DNA of 63,663 bases, counting the filler, from Octopus bimaculoides (Eukaryota), in assembly GCF_001194135.2 (NCBI RefSeq). It is 7 parts of 7 records of this genome, joined end to end, with 100 filler letters (N's around TTAATTAATTAA, not from the genome) between each part and the next. Parts side by side here need not be neighbours in the genome. Positions count along the whole stretch, not along the records: positions 4,284 to 17,313 come from NC_069010.1; positions 17,414 to 48,208 come from NC_068993.1; 5 more parts are not named here. One strand, written 5' to 3'. Below are positions 13,231 through 26,085 of this stretch, in pieces (position 1 is the stretch's first letter; every line of letters starts with the position of its first letter). Made by a program: the position numbers and the translations under genes. Below the pieces are notes generated by a model, which saw only the letters and a list, made by a program, of their open reading frames with translations, had not been told where the DNA came from and did no database searches.

Positions 13231-13396
13231 CAGTCAACACACTGGCAACGGGGCAATGGCCACGCTCGAAATGGTGTGTTTTACGTGCCACCTGCACAGG
13301 AGCCAGTCCAGCGGTACTGACAACGAACTCGCTCAAATATCTTTTTACGTGCTACTGGCACAAGTGCCAGGAAGGCGACGTTGGTAACGGTCAAGC
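13231..13396 (-). mobile_element. Internal tandem subrepeats related to family D
   Basis: Repeated TTTTACGTGC(C/T)AC...GGCAAC...GCTC units; the same TTTTAC(G/A)TG motif ends the D copies at 9315 and 13973. Confidence 0.55.
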
Positions 13397-13407
13397 TCAG
13401 TGTGTGT

Positions 13408-13438
<31 letters not shown>

Positions 13439-13799
13439 CATATATGTATGTATGTATATATGCACACAAACACAAACCCATACACATGCTGACAGATACA
13501 ATATACCACAGACACACATCCACTGACAGAAGCAGAGACAGACAGACAGACAGACAGACAGATGCAGATATAAACACACACAATCCGCCAGACGAAAAAC
13601 ACACACACACACACAAACACAGACACATACACACACATATACAGGGCATGTGCACACCGACACACACACACAGACCTACAGACCCAAACATATACACCCC
13701 CAACCCCCCAACCCCCGCCAGACACACACAATCACAGACCCCCAACGCATACACACAGAGAAACATAGACAGACACATCATCACCATCATCATCATCAT

Positions 13800-13973
13800 C
13801 ATCATCGTTTAACGTCCGCTTTCCATGCTAGCATGGGTTGGACGATTTGACTGAGGACTGGTGAAACCGGATGGCAACACCAGGCTCCAATCTAAATTTG
13901 GCAGAGTTTCTACAGCTGGATGCCCTTCCTAACGCCAACCACTCAGAGAGTGTAGTGGGTGCTTTTACGTGTC
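13800..13973 (-). mobile_element. Short retroposon, family D
   Basis: Matches 9131-9315; (GAT)n tail; runs into the gap. Confidence 0.8.
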
Positions 13974-14635
13974 NNNNNNNNNNNNNNNNNNNNNNNNNNN
14001 NNNNNNNNNNNNNNNNNNNNNNNNNNNNNNNNNNNNNNNNNNNNNNNNNNNNNNNNNNNNNNNNNNNNNNNNNNNNNNNNNNNNNNNNNNNNNNNNNNNN
14101 NNNNNNNNNNNNNNNNNNNNNNNNNNNNNNNNNNNNNNNNNNNNNNNNNNNNNNNNNNNNNNNNNNNNNNNNNNNNNNNNNNNNNNNNNNNNNNNNNNNN
14201 NNNNNNNNNNNNNNNNNNNNNNNNNNNNNNNNNNNNNNNNNNNNNNNNNNNNNNNNNNNNNNNNNNNNNNNNNNNNNNNNNNNNNNNNNNNNNNNNNNNN
14301 NNNNNNNNNNNNNNNNNNNNNNNNNNNNNNNNNNNNNNNNNNNNNNNNNNNNNNNNNNNNNNNNNNNNNNNNNNNNNNNNNNNNNNNNNNNNNNNNNNNN
14401 NNNNNNNNNNNNNNNNNNNNNNNNNNNNNNNNNNNNNNNNNNNNNNNNNNNNNNNNNNNNNNNNNNNNNNNNNNNNNNNNNNNNNNNNNNNNNNNNNNNN
14501 NNNNNNNNNNNNNNNNNNNNNNNNNNNNNNNNNNNNNNNNNNNNNNNNNNNNNNNNNNNNNNNNNNNNNNNNNNNNNNNNNNNNNNNNNNNTATATATAT
14601 ATATATATATATGTGCACACACATATATGTATGTA

Positions 14636-14678
<43 letters not shown>

Positions 14679-15020
14679 GTATGTATGTACATATATACAC
14701 ATATATTTATCCAGTGTTTATAATACTGTGTGTTTAACAGAGATTTAATCCTCAATTGATAAAAACACTTAAACCTAGATCAGATGTGAGCAGAGCTGCC
14801 TCGTCTAATCTCTCTAAACTAATGATATTGGAGCAGATTAATTAAAATTAAGTAGGCTAATTGATGTAGGCATGTTCTTAGACAAATTATCACACATACA
14901 CACACACACGCATGCAGAATATCTACCCTTTACCAAAACACGCATACACACAGGTAGAAAATCTACCCTTCCACCCACACACAGAGAACATGTACCCTTC
15001 CATTGCACACACACACACAT

Positions 15021-15175
15021 GACCCCAGTATGCAACTGATACTTAATTTATCGACCCCCGAAAGGAAAAGACAGCAGGTAAAGTTGACCTCAGTGGAATG
15101 TGAATTATGGTCAAAATGTCCACTAAGCATTTTTTTTACCCATGTGCTAACGATTCAGCCAGATCACCCACCTTA
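15021..15175 (-). mobile_element. SINE family A
   Basis: GACCCCAGT...TACTTAATTTATCGACCCC...GAAAGG homology. Confidence 0.75.
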
Positions 15176-15924
15176 ATTACAAACTACATGTTGACCATTT
15201 CCAGTCTTGTTAAGGCAAAAAAAGGCTAGGATCAAACCAGGTTACTTACATATGTGTGTGTGTGTGTGTGCGTGTGTGTGTGTGTGTGTGTATATGGATG
15301 GTGTGTGTGTATATGGATGGTGTGTGTGTGTGCATATGTGTGCACCGTGTGTGTGTGTGTATGTGCATGGTGTGTGTGTGTGTGTCTGTGTGATCCATGA
15401 CTACATGTGATGTATGATTCCACCAGGCCCACATGCATTCTGCGCATGATATCAAATAGTTTATAACACATCCCATGTATGATACATCCCATTCAGGATA
15501 TCACACTGCTGTCAACAGGACATTCAATTTATCATACATGTGGTCCATGATCTCATATAGTACATGATACAGATATTTATGATGCCATGTGGTATAGTGT
15601 GTGTGTGTGCGCGTGTGAATGTGTATGCAAGTCTGTATGTGTGCATGCGTGTGTGCATGAACATCTACAAAGCTTACCCACACCCATGACGTATTTCCAT
15701 TAAATTTTTATCAGAAGTGTACCCCACCCCTCTCTATTCTTTCAATTAACTTTCGCAGCAGCCCCACCCCCCTGCCTTCAATATTTCATAATTTCCTATG
15801 AATTCTTGCTGAGTTCTCTGTCAGTGAAAAATATCTAACGCTAACACTAATTATGATGTACCCCGTGGAGTACATATGCATCTTATTACTGAACACTAAA
15901 AGTATATGTCTGAGAGTATATAAT

Positions 15925-16288
15925 TCTTGTCTTTTATTTATTTCAGTCCTTTGACTGCGGCCATGCTGGAGCACCGCCTTTAGTCGAGCAAATCAACCCC
16001 AGAACTTATTCCTTCTAAGCCTAATACTTATTCTATCGCTCTTTTTCTGCTGAACCGTAAACACNNNNNNNNNNGGGGGGGGGGGACAAACACAAACACA
16101 CACACATATATACAGATGTATGTATACAACGGGCTTCTTTCAGTTTCCGTCTACCAAATCCACCCACAAGGCTTTGATTGGCCCAAGGCTATAGCAGAGG
16201 ACACTTGCCCAAGGTGCCACGCAGTGGGAATGAACCCGGAACTATGTGGTTGTTAAGCAAGCTACTTACCACACAGCCACTTCTGCGC

Positions 16289-16289
<1 letters not shown>
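15925..16289 (-). mobile_element. SINE family B
   Basis: Homology to 12270-12679. Confidence 0.85.
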
Positions 16290-16323
<34 letters not shown>

Positions 16324-16409
16324 CATACACACACATTCATATATACATATATTCAAACATACATACATACATATATTCAAATATGTACATACACACACAC
16401 ACACATATA

Positions 16410-16448
<39 letters not shown>

Positions 16449-16607
16449 GTTTATGTATGTATGCGAGTGCAAATCTACACACATGACTAGTGTTTAGTTA
16501 ACGAGGAAACCAGGAACGGTTTGGTCTACTTGCAGATCAAAGATGTGGTACATCACAAAGATGGTGAACAGATGTCGATAATGATGATGATGACTAATGA
16601 TTACGAC

Positions 16608-16638
<31 letters not shown>

Positions 16639-17983
16639 GGTGGTGATGACTGATGACGTTGGCAGTGGCGGTGGTGATGTTGGTGATAATCACATTTGAC
16701 AATGATGATGTGGTGGTGGTGACGATGATGATGATGATGATGATGATAGTAATGATGGTGGTGGAGGTGACGATGACTGATGATGGGGTTGGTGGTGGTG
16801 GTGGTGATGATGATCATATTTAACAATGATGATGTGGTGGTGGTGGTGGTGATGATGATGATGATGATGATGATGAAGTTACGATAAGAAGAATAAGAGT
16901 CCATTGTGTCGCTGGAGACGAGACGATGTCTCATCAAAAGAAAACGAGATGTTTGTTCCTATTACAAAATATAAAATGGAGTTTGTTCGTTTACTTTTCT
17001 TCCATTTAATTACTTTATTTATTCTTATCGTTTTTATTTTTGCTCCCCCACCCTTTTGGCGAACAGACTGAGTTTGGAACAAGCGGCTGCCCTTATAATT
17101 CCAGATATGTAAGAGGTGTGTCAGCTCTACGAGAACAAAAGTTTTAAAGAACCTTAAGGGGCCAAAACCGTAAACGAAATATCCTTTCTTTTTTGCAGCC
17201 CCCAACATGGAAGATCCAAGCCTAATGTAGACAACCTAATGCCACATTAGTCACCAACCACAGTGGTGAGGAGATTGGGACCTTCTTGAATGTCCCCAGG
17301 GCCCTCACATTTANNNNNNNNNNNNNNNNNNNNNNNNNNNNNNNNNNNNNNNNNNNNTTAATTAATTAANNNNNNNNNNNNNNNNNNNNNNNNNNNNNNN
17401 NNNNNNNNNNNNNTATATGCATTACCCATTATTACCATTATACAACCTATTACCCCTTAGCCATGGTTATTAATTCAATAAGATTCAGTTTGTTGAGATA
17501 TTTTGTAAGAATAAAATGCTGATATATCCCTTTTTTTTACTTTTTTACTCTTTTTTACTCCTCTGACGAGATGTTGCCGAAAAAAATGCTTTAATTACTG
17601 GAATTTAATTCATTTGGGCAATATCGAAACAGCTGTAAGGGAACATATTGAATTTATGCAGTTAATAAATTATATTAACACTACTTCTCCATTTTCTGGA
17701 TTTTAATTTGAATATTAATTTGAATTATTTACTACAGGTGTCAAGAACTCAACTTTCAGTTAAATACATTTTGAAATCTAATGATTACTACGAACGTATA
17801 AAAGCGCTAATTGAACTTAATGAGCATTACAAAGTATTTTTTAACGTTTAACATAATTCAAGATTGTAAATATTTTTTAAAAATACAATAATAAAAAAAT
17901 GTGAAAACCAGGCCATGTTTTAACTTTATTTAACTTATATTTTATTCTATATACATTTACACAAATTCGAAATATACATACAT

Positions 17984-18118
<135 letters not shown>

Positions 18119-18134
18119 AATACATACCACCCCA

Positions 18135-18171
<37 letters not shown>

Positions 18172-18177
<6 letters not shown>

Positions 18178-19270
18178 GCCACCGCAAACACGAAAATTAA
18201 TATACCTTTTAATCTAGAGAAAAGAATCTGTACCATAGTTTCGGACCCCAATACTCGTGAACGAAGACTCCTTGAACTCAAATCAATATTAATCAAGAGA
18301 CATTACCCAACATCATTTATAAATGATGGGATTAAACAAGCAAAGGAAATAGACATACGAACATTAAGGGAAGTCAACCGAAATACTACACCAGACTTTA
18401 ACTCCCATACATCACCACATATAACCTTAGAAACCACGAAGCCTTTAACGTCATCACCCAAAATCTACCCATTTTCATACGAGGTAAAACAATTAACAAA
18501 ATTATAGGCTCACACAAAATTATCAAGAGCAAAATGCAACCGAAATCATTGAAAACATATTAACCACCACAAGACTTTATTAACAACGGAACTAAAAGTG
18601 AAAAACTGTGGTCGGCCTAACTGTGCCCCCACCTGTTGGAGGGTACAGAGTCCCACTTTAAATAAGGTGAAATATTTAAGATTAAATCAAATTTCACCTG
18701 TGCCTCAGAATACCTAATCTATACTATTACCTGCTTAGGCTGCGATAATCAATATATTGGCCAAACAGGAATATCACTCCGTCGAAAAACCACTCTTCAC
18801 AAAGAACAAATCCGCCACCCACAATACAGACAGATACAGGTCAGTGAAAACATAGATAAGTGTGCGAGGAACCTTAATCCTAATTTCCTAATTTTCTCCT
18901 GCTATCAATGTTCACAGAACACCTCAGTACCACAACGAATGAATAAAGAAGCAACTTTCATCAATAAATATCCACGACTTAATACGAACACAACATAATA
19001 CAGAACACTACTAACCGTACCAATAATGCCACTAACACCTATACCGTTCATATTACAGTATTATATCGACCCTAATTGCACCACATCCAGAACTACTTAC
19101 CTCCCTTACACAATTTTTTTACTCAGGGACTAGTATACCAGTCACCGTTTGATAATCGGTACGCATTGAAAGCCAGTGAACAGCAATGACGACACCGGTT
19201 TGATTTTGAATCGCTTTAACAATTCAAAATAATGAATTTAATTCCTCTTAATTCTGCCTCAGTTCATCTA
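18172..19270 (+). mobile_element. 5'-truncated Penelope-like element (Neptune-like): RT thumb, Cys linker, GIY-YIG endonuclease pseudogene
   Basis: NIPFNLEKRICTIV...CGRPNC...FTCASEYLIYTITCLGCDNQYIGQTG...LHKEQIRHPQYRQIQVSE...KEATFINKY; frameshifts present. Confidence 0.85.
19163..19203 (+). ncRNA. Decayed minimal type I hammerhead ribozyme relic in the PLE 3' region
   Basis: TTGAAA-GCCA-loop-TGAC-GACA-CCGG-TT versus the consensus CTGAAGA-stem II-GAAA-palindrome-UH; core mutated. Confidence 0.45.
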
Positions 19271-19812
19271 ATTGTATTTATTTATCGATACTTTTCATAA
19301 GAATCCTTTATTCTTTTTATATTCAATGTGCATTTTCGCTTTTTTCCTTCTTACTTTCCCCATATCTTTTCCACGTGTAGTGTCTATTTTCTTTTTGAAA
19401 CATATTTCTATTACACACACACACACANNNNNNNNNNNNNNNNNNNNNNNNNNNNNNNNNNNNNNNNNNNNNNNNNNNNNNNNNNNNNNNNNNNNNNNNN
19501 NNNNNNNNNNNNNNNNNNNNNNNNNNNNNNNNNNNNNNNNNNNNNNNNNNNNNNNNNNNNNNNNNNNNNNNNNNNNNNNNNNNNNNNNNNNNNNNNNNNN
19601 NNNNNNNNNNNNNNNNNNNNNNNNNNNNNNNNNNNNNNNNNNNNNNNNNNNNNNNNNNNNNNNNNNNNNNNNNNNNNNNNNNNNNNNNNNNNNNNNNNNN
19701 NNNNNNNNNNNNNNNNNNNNNNNNNNNNNNNNNNNNNNNNNNNNNNNNNNNNNNNNNNNNNNNNNNNNNNNNNNNNNNNNNNNNNNNNNNNNNNNNNNNN
19801 NNNNNNNNNNNN

Positions 19813-19855
<43 letters not shown>

Positions 19856-20160
19856 CTATATAGATGGGCGCGCGTGTACATATACGCATGTGTAATGCAC
19901 ATACATCCATATTTAATATATATTTGCGTATATATAAATACATAGTGCGCGCGCGCGTGCATGTGTGTGTGTTGGCTGGTTGGATAGCTCTTCACTCAGA
20001 AACTCTGAGGAAGTATGTAATTGCGTGAATGGGCTGTTGTAAATGAGGCAATGAGGCATAAAACGTTCTGTCAATAAAGACAAAAGGATACAACTTTGAG
20101 GACAGACGTCACAATTAGATAGGCAAGTAGTTTTATTGTCTACCGACTTGGATATGTTTC

Positions 20161-20201
<41 letters not shown>

Positions 20202-20829
20202 CTACGACCATCAAGTTCTGTTATTTATGACAATACTTCCCAAGTTCATTTTAGACCCTAAGCTGTATTGTGATGATTTTTGTATTGCTATTTCCGGAAG
20301 GTCGAGTTAACATGTAAAGGCTCTCTCGTTGACTGCTAACAACGTGTGTGTGTATAAATGAGTGAGTGAATGAGTGTGTGTATGTGTTTGCGTTTGTGTG
20401 TGTTTCCTAGTTTATTTCCCATTGCCCTCTCGATATTTGTAATTATTCCTTTATAATTACCTACAAATATAAATTTAGAAGTGGCACAATGTCTTCAGGG
20501 CGTTGTAAAATAACTTTTCAGATTGACAGGATGTCTTTTCTTGAGAGAAGTGTTTATATAAACCAATATAACCAATATTGTCTATTTTTGTTTTTCTCAT
20601 TTAACTAACTTCTGATTACTGCAGTTATTGTTATTTACGGGAAATTTCACGCTCATCTTGTAATTTCACAGTGTTAGTCATTAACGGAAGAAACTGAATT
20701 AGAAATTCGAATAATTTTTTGGAAGACACGATGCATTTCTTCTACATAATAACAACAGACGGAAAATATTATTTTTGTTGATATTAATAATAAAAATAAT
20801 ATTAGTAATAGTAATAACAACAACAATAA

Positions 20830-21046
20830 TAATCCTTTTATTTTAGGCAAAAGGTCTGAAATTTGTGGGGTGGGGTGTAAGTCAATCACGTCCATCCCCA
20901 GTAGTTCGCTGGTACTTAGTTTTTCGACCTCGAAAGGATGAAAAGCAAAGTCGACCTCGGTGGAATTTGAACTCAGAACATAAAAACGGGCGAAATACCG
21001 CTAAGCATTTTACCCAGCGTGCTTAGGATTCTTCCAGCTCGTCGCC

Positions 21047-21048
<2 letters not shown>
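20830..21048 (-). mobile_element. Full-length SINE family A
   Basis: Homology to the A copies; head abuts (TAA)n. Confidence 0.85.
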
Positions 21049-21102
<54 letters not shown>

Positions 21103-21103
<1 letters not shown>

Positions 21104-21460
21104 GAGTGGCTGTGTGGTAAGTAGCTTGCTTACCAATCACATGGTTCTAGGTTCAGTCCCACTGCGTGGTACCTTTGGCAAGTGTCTTCTACTATAGCCT
21201 CAGGTCGACCAAAACTTTGTGGATTTGGTAGACGTAAACTGAAAGAAGCCCGTCATATATATATATATTTATATATAGGTACGTGTGTGTGTATGTTTGT
21301 GTGTCTGTGTTTGTCCCCCCGCCATTGCTTGACAACCGATGCCAGTGTGTTTACATCCCCGTAACTTAGCGGAAGTCCTGGGACCGATTTGTTCGACTAA
21401 AGGTGGTGCTCCAGCATGGCCGCAGTCAAATGACTGAAGCAAGTAAAAGAATAAAAGAAT
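21103..21460 (+). mobile_element. SINE family B
   Basis: GGCTGTGTGGTAAG...GGTTCAGTCCCACTGCG head; tail GACTGAAGCAAGTAAAAGA. Confidence 0.85.
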
Positions 21461-21880
21461 TATCATTATACCGGAATACTACAGCGAATACCAAACAGTA
21501 TGGATGTGTGACAACGAGCCGCTGAGAAGATAGATCAAATCTGAAACCATCACGAAGCAGCAATTAATAATCCGCCAAAACAATGAAAGGAAACTATGTC
21601 TAAATGTAAGCCATCTCAGGAAACACATTTTGATACGAAAACTGCAAATCTGTGAAGTCATATTTATACAAGACCTCTGTATATATGCACATTGCTGATC
21701 CATCAATAATACTTACAATTATGATTATAACTATGAAAGAAAACATCAACACATGTCCATCGGCGGTGTTCAATAAAAAAAAGTAATCGCTGTAAAAACG
21801 GAACCCATAACAAAGCCAACCAAAAAAGAGAAAGAACGGCGGACAAATAGTCATAAATACTATAAAATAGTTGATCTATG

Positions 21881-22272
21881 ATTTACACTCACTACTATGC
21901 ACTCCACCCCCACCCAAATAAGACATGCAAGAGTAAACTCATACTGTAAATACCCAACAATATGAACAAAACCCACAACATATGCCATAGAAAGCAGATA
22001 CCCGACGGAAGACAATCTGCGTTACACAAGCAACACACAATACAAAAGCTAATACAACAGAAGACCCATACAAAACATAGTGATACAATACAATATCCTT
22101 CCCCTCCCTCATCCAAAAGTTTTACACACACTACTATGCAACACTCCGCACCACCAAGAAACATACAAGGATAGACTTATACTGTAAATACCAAGCAATC
22201 TGAACAAAATCCAAATGTGCCATAGAAGGCCGATACCCGACAGAAGTACACACCCTGCGCTACACAAACAAG
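21881..22272. repeat. Diverged direct duplication (about 21881-22040 and 22120-22272)
   Basis: Both copies share TTTACAC-CACTACTATGC...TACTGTAAATACC...GCCATAGAA...GATACCCGAC. Confidence 0.8.
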
Positions 22273-22316
22273 AAGAGTGAGAGAAAGTACATTTAGTAAA
22301 GAAGTGAATTATATAT

Positions 22317-22512
22317 ATATATAAAGCAATATTATTTATTTTTAATAGAAAAATAAATCAAGACCATATTATTGTGGCTCAGGTCAAATTATTCCTGCAT
22401 ACAAGTATGGTAGTAACTCGTGCAGTCGTTTACGCGTGAAAAGCGAACACACACATAGCCAGATAATTAGATAGCTAGCTAGCTAGATAGAGATAGATAG
22501 ATAGATAGATAT

Positions 22513-22552
<40 letters not shown>

Positions 22553-23113
22553 AGAGAGAGAGAGAGGGAGAGAGAGAGAAGACAGACAGAGACAGAGAGA
22601 TACAGATTTAGATAGATAGAGAGACAGATAGTGACAAAGACAACAGAAATCCTTAGAAGAAAGACAAAAAAGAATGTAGTTCCAACAAACAAAATGTTTC
22701 TCTAGGGAACGAGAAGAGTAAGATTTTCAAGCAAAAAATATATAGGAAGCTGTGACGTTCATGTATTTTCCCTAGGAACCAAAACCGCAATGCGACTGAA
22801 ATGAAATAGAAGCTGTTAAAATGTAAATATTCATCAACGGCGTATTGTATACGTACAGTTGTGTAGCTAGCCACAGTTGCTACGTCAGACATATGTGTGT
22901 GTCTATCTCGCCGCAGTTGCTACGTCATTAACGGAAGTTGACATTGAAAAACCTTTCTAAAGAAGTTAATCTTATATAAAGCAATATTATTTATTTTTAA
23001 TAAAAAAAAATAAATAAAGACCATATTATTGTATCCTAGGTCAAATTATTCATGCACCCCCAAGTATGGAAGCAATTCGTGCAGCCGTTTTCGCGTGAAA
23101 GGCGAACACACAC
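22317..23113 (+). repeat. Two ~140-bp diverged direct repeats (22317-22455, 22973-23113), possibly Helitron/Helentron-type non-autonomous elements
   Basis: TATATAAAGCAATATTATTTATT...GGTCAAATTATTC...TCGTGCAG(T/C)CGTTT(A/T)CGCGTGAAA followed by (CA)n. Family assignment is from recalled motif similarity only. Confidence 0.5.
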
Positions 23114-24265
23114 ACACAGAGGTCTATTTTATGTATTAGAATATGTATGTATGTATATATATATATATGAGCGTGTGTGTGTGTGGGGGGTGCACGCTTG
23201 TATGTGTGTGTGTGGATGCATCTATCTATCTATGTAAAAGAGCTGCTTAGGTCTCCAACGCAAAATTACATTAGCACCAATCTGAGATAGCATATAATAC
23301 AGTCGTAATGTCGGGATACCCACCACTTATCTATCACTTAACTGTCGACCGTGTCACCAATTATAATGTAAAGCGATAGCTAATCTCTCAATCTAAAATT
23401 AAGCACCCAAATCTAATTTTTCAAGCATTTTATTATATTATGTTTTGTTTTCGCTCTTACTTTCTTATTTATTATTGCTACAAGCAATTTAGCTGGGAAA
23501 ATAGAATTAACTGGTTAATTTCATTTAAAGGTGTTTCGGTACGTGCTCAGTTGCGAGTACTTTGGGTACATATTTGGTGACGCTCTCTTTCACATTCATA
23601 TTCGTATATACACACACACAAAGAAAACTTTCATCATCTACTACAAATCTGAAAACATAGAGAACCAAAGTAAAGAATTTGTTCCGACCTGACACTCATA
23701 ATAGTAACAAACTCTAGGGAGGGATGAACTGCAGATTACATCAAAGAAATCTCATTTCCAAGCAAGTGTTTCAATCCTTAACCGAAAGGCAGGCGGATCG
23801 CATCCAGGCCAAGACTCATGGATATCCCTGTGTTTCCACATTTTATGCTATTTTTTCCGCATTGCAACCCTCTTGGATAGCTACGGTGCCCCAAAGCCAA
23901 GGTTTATTGAGTGCTGTGAGGCATGCAAGGCAATATATGGAATATGACATCAAATATTCGCTTGTGTCCATCGTAAGATTAAAACCAGTAATCCGTAACT
24001 ACTATTGTTTTCAAAAAGGGAAATATCTCCTTCTATGTTTTGGACATATTCTTATTTAATCAGTGAAACATACTTTTCACTATGCTTGCTGAAAGCGTGG
24101 CGGGTAATTACTAAATAAACGTGCACAATTGTACATTTGTATAGGCTTTCATTATTCGTTAAAACTCACAGATATACTAACAAGTCTTTACACATTTCTA
24201 TAATAAGCATGTATTGAGAATGATTAAAAAGCAATCACAGGTACATAAATACATACATAAATACA

Positions 24266-24299
<34 letters not shown>

Positions 24300-24308
24300 C
24301 ATACATAC

Positions 24309-25020
24309 GGCTGGAAGAAATCCGAAGAAGTCATTGCTCCTGCATTACACCCAAGACATGCAACATTAGTGGTGAAACTTTTGCAGCTGTGATTCAGAAA
24401 CTCTAGGATGGAAAAGCAGCTGGAGGAGACTTGATTATTGGATATTGGTACAAGATGCTAACCTTCTACCATATCTTATCAATCTCTACCAACCGGCTCT
24501 CAATGGGAACAGTAGCGTACCTCACTGGTTAGCTCTGCGGAGACAACATTGATCCTCAAATGTAGAAGCACCCATATGGCAAAAACTACTAGCCAATTGC
24601 ATGCCAGAACTGAATGTATAAGATATGTACAGCATGCTTAAACCTCTTCTAAGACCATTGTGAAATCAATAACATTATCACAGCAGAACAAGCAGCTGGG
24701 AAGAAGGGAGTCTGGAGATGTAGCGAACAATTGTTAACCAACAAAACTGTAATGTCAGAGTTGCCGAGCATATTGAAACATCTGTAGTTATTCTATCCAG
24801 ATTGCAAGTTCAGGTTCATACTTGTAATTATTGGGGCCCTGGAATATGTAACACAGTGCCTAAATACCAATCTAGAGAAATCAGGCTTCTCGAAAACAGA
24901 AAGGATAAAGCTAATTCGAAGACTACAGATTCAATCCATCACTGGAACTGTAAAAGTGTATAAAACTTTCCAGAAGTTTATCATTTGAATATATATGAGC
25001 AAGTCCTCTTTAACAATTAT
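24309..25020 (+). mobile_element. R4-clade (REL endonuclease) retrotransposon relic with internal deletion, preceded by (TACA)n
   Basis: DGKAAGGDLIIGYWYK...PIAC...AEQAAGKKGVW-CSEQLLTNK joined at about 24760 to the C-terminus YPDCKFRFILVIIGAL...GTVKVYKTF. Confidence 0.75.
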
Positions 25021-26019
25021 ATATANNNNNNNNNNNNNNNNNNNNNNNNNNNNNNNNNNNNNNNNNNNNNNNNNNNNNNNNNNNNNNNNNNNNNNNNNNN
25101 NNNNNNNNNNNNNNNNNNNNNNNNNNNNNNNNNNNNNNNNNNNNNNNNNNNNNNNNNNNNNNNNNNNNNNNNNNNNNNNNNNNNNNNNNNNNNNNNNNNN
25201 NNNNNNNNNNNNNNNNNNNNNNNNNNNNNNNNNNNNNNNNNNNNNNNNNNNNNNNNNNNNNNNNNNNNNNNNNNNNNNNNNNNNNNNNNNNNNNNNNNNN
25301 NNNNNNNNNNNNNNNNNNNNNNNNNNNNNNNNNNNNNNNNNNNNNNNNNNNNNNNNNNNNNNNNNNNNNNNNNNNNNNNNNNNNNNNNNNNNNNNNNNNN
25401 NNNNNNNNNNNNNNNNNNNNNNNNNNNNNNNNNNNNNNNNNNNNNNNNNNNNNNNNNNNNNNNNNNNNNNNNNNNNNNNNNNNNNNNNNNNNNNNNNNNN
25501 NNNNNNNNNNNNNNNNNNNNNNNNNNNNNNNNNNNNNNNNNNNNNNNNNNNNNNNNNNNNNNNNATATATATATATATATATATAACGTAAAATATAAAT
25601 TCAGAAAAGCGTGCGGATATTACAGTAATGCTCGTAGTGTTCTGTAAAGTACCCATATAACAGAAAATCCAATAAATCTGAGAGATAAATTATTCGCTGA
25701 GGAGTAAGTAAAGCAAGAAATTCAGATGTAAGAGGCGAACACAGATATATTTAACTACGTGACTTCTATAGGTTTACGGACGTTTCCCAACCTTTTTATT
25801 TAGCATTAATTTCAGTATACAAGAAATTATACGTGCATATTTGCGTAAGCTCAGCATTGTATAATACAATCTCATATTAACAAATTAATTCAAATAAAGA
25901 AAGGTAACACATGCGATCACTGGAATAAATATCCATGATGTTCTCGTGATTCGATGAGTTAGTTTTCTTTAAATTGCATTAATTTTTGAGTATACAATTG
26001 TATTGTATAATGCCGAAAA

Positions 26020-26085
26020 TTCATACTGATGCAACCATGTACTGAAATTAATACTAGAGGAAGAAGGTTGCGAAACTGCCGTAAC
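26020..26085 (+). ncRNA. Decayed minimal hammerhead relic
   Basis: CTGAT[GA missing]-GCAACC...GGTTGC (perfect 6-bp stem II)-GAAA-C-TGCC-G-TA. Confidence 0.5.

Noticed and set aside
13851-13870. CTGAGGA...GAAACCGG as a hammerhead
   Set aside because: No pairable stem II, and the homologous position in the other D copy (about 9185) lacks the motif.
17563-17590. CTGACGAG...CGAAA as a hammerhead
   Set aside because: Stem II is weak, and there is no stem III/UH triplet or stem I after GAAA.
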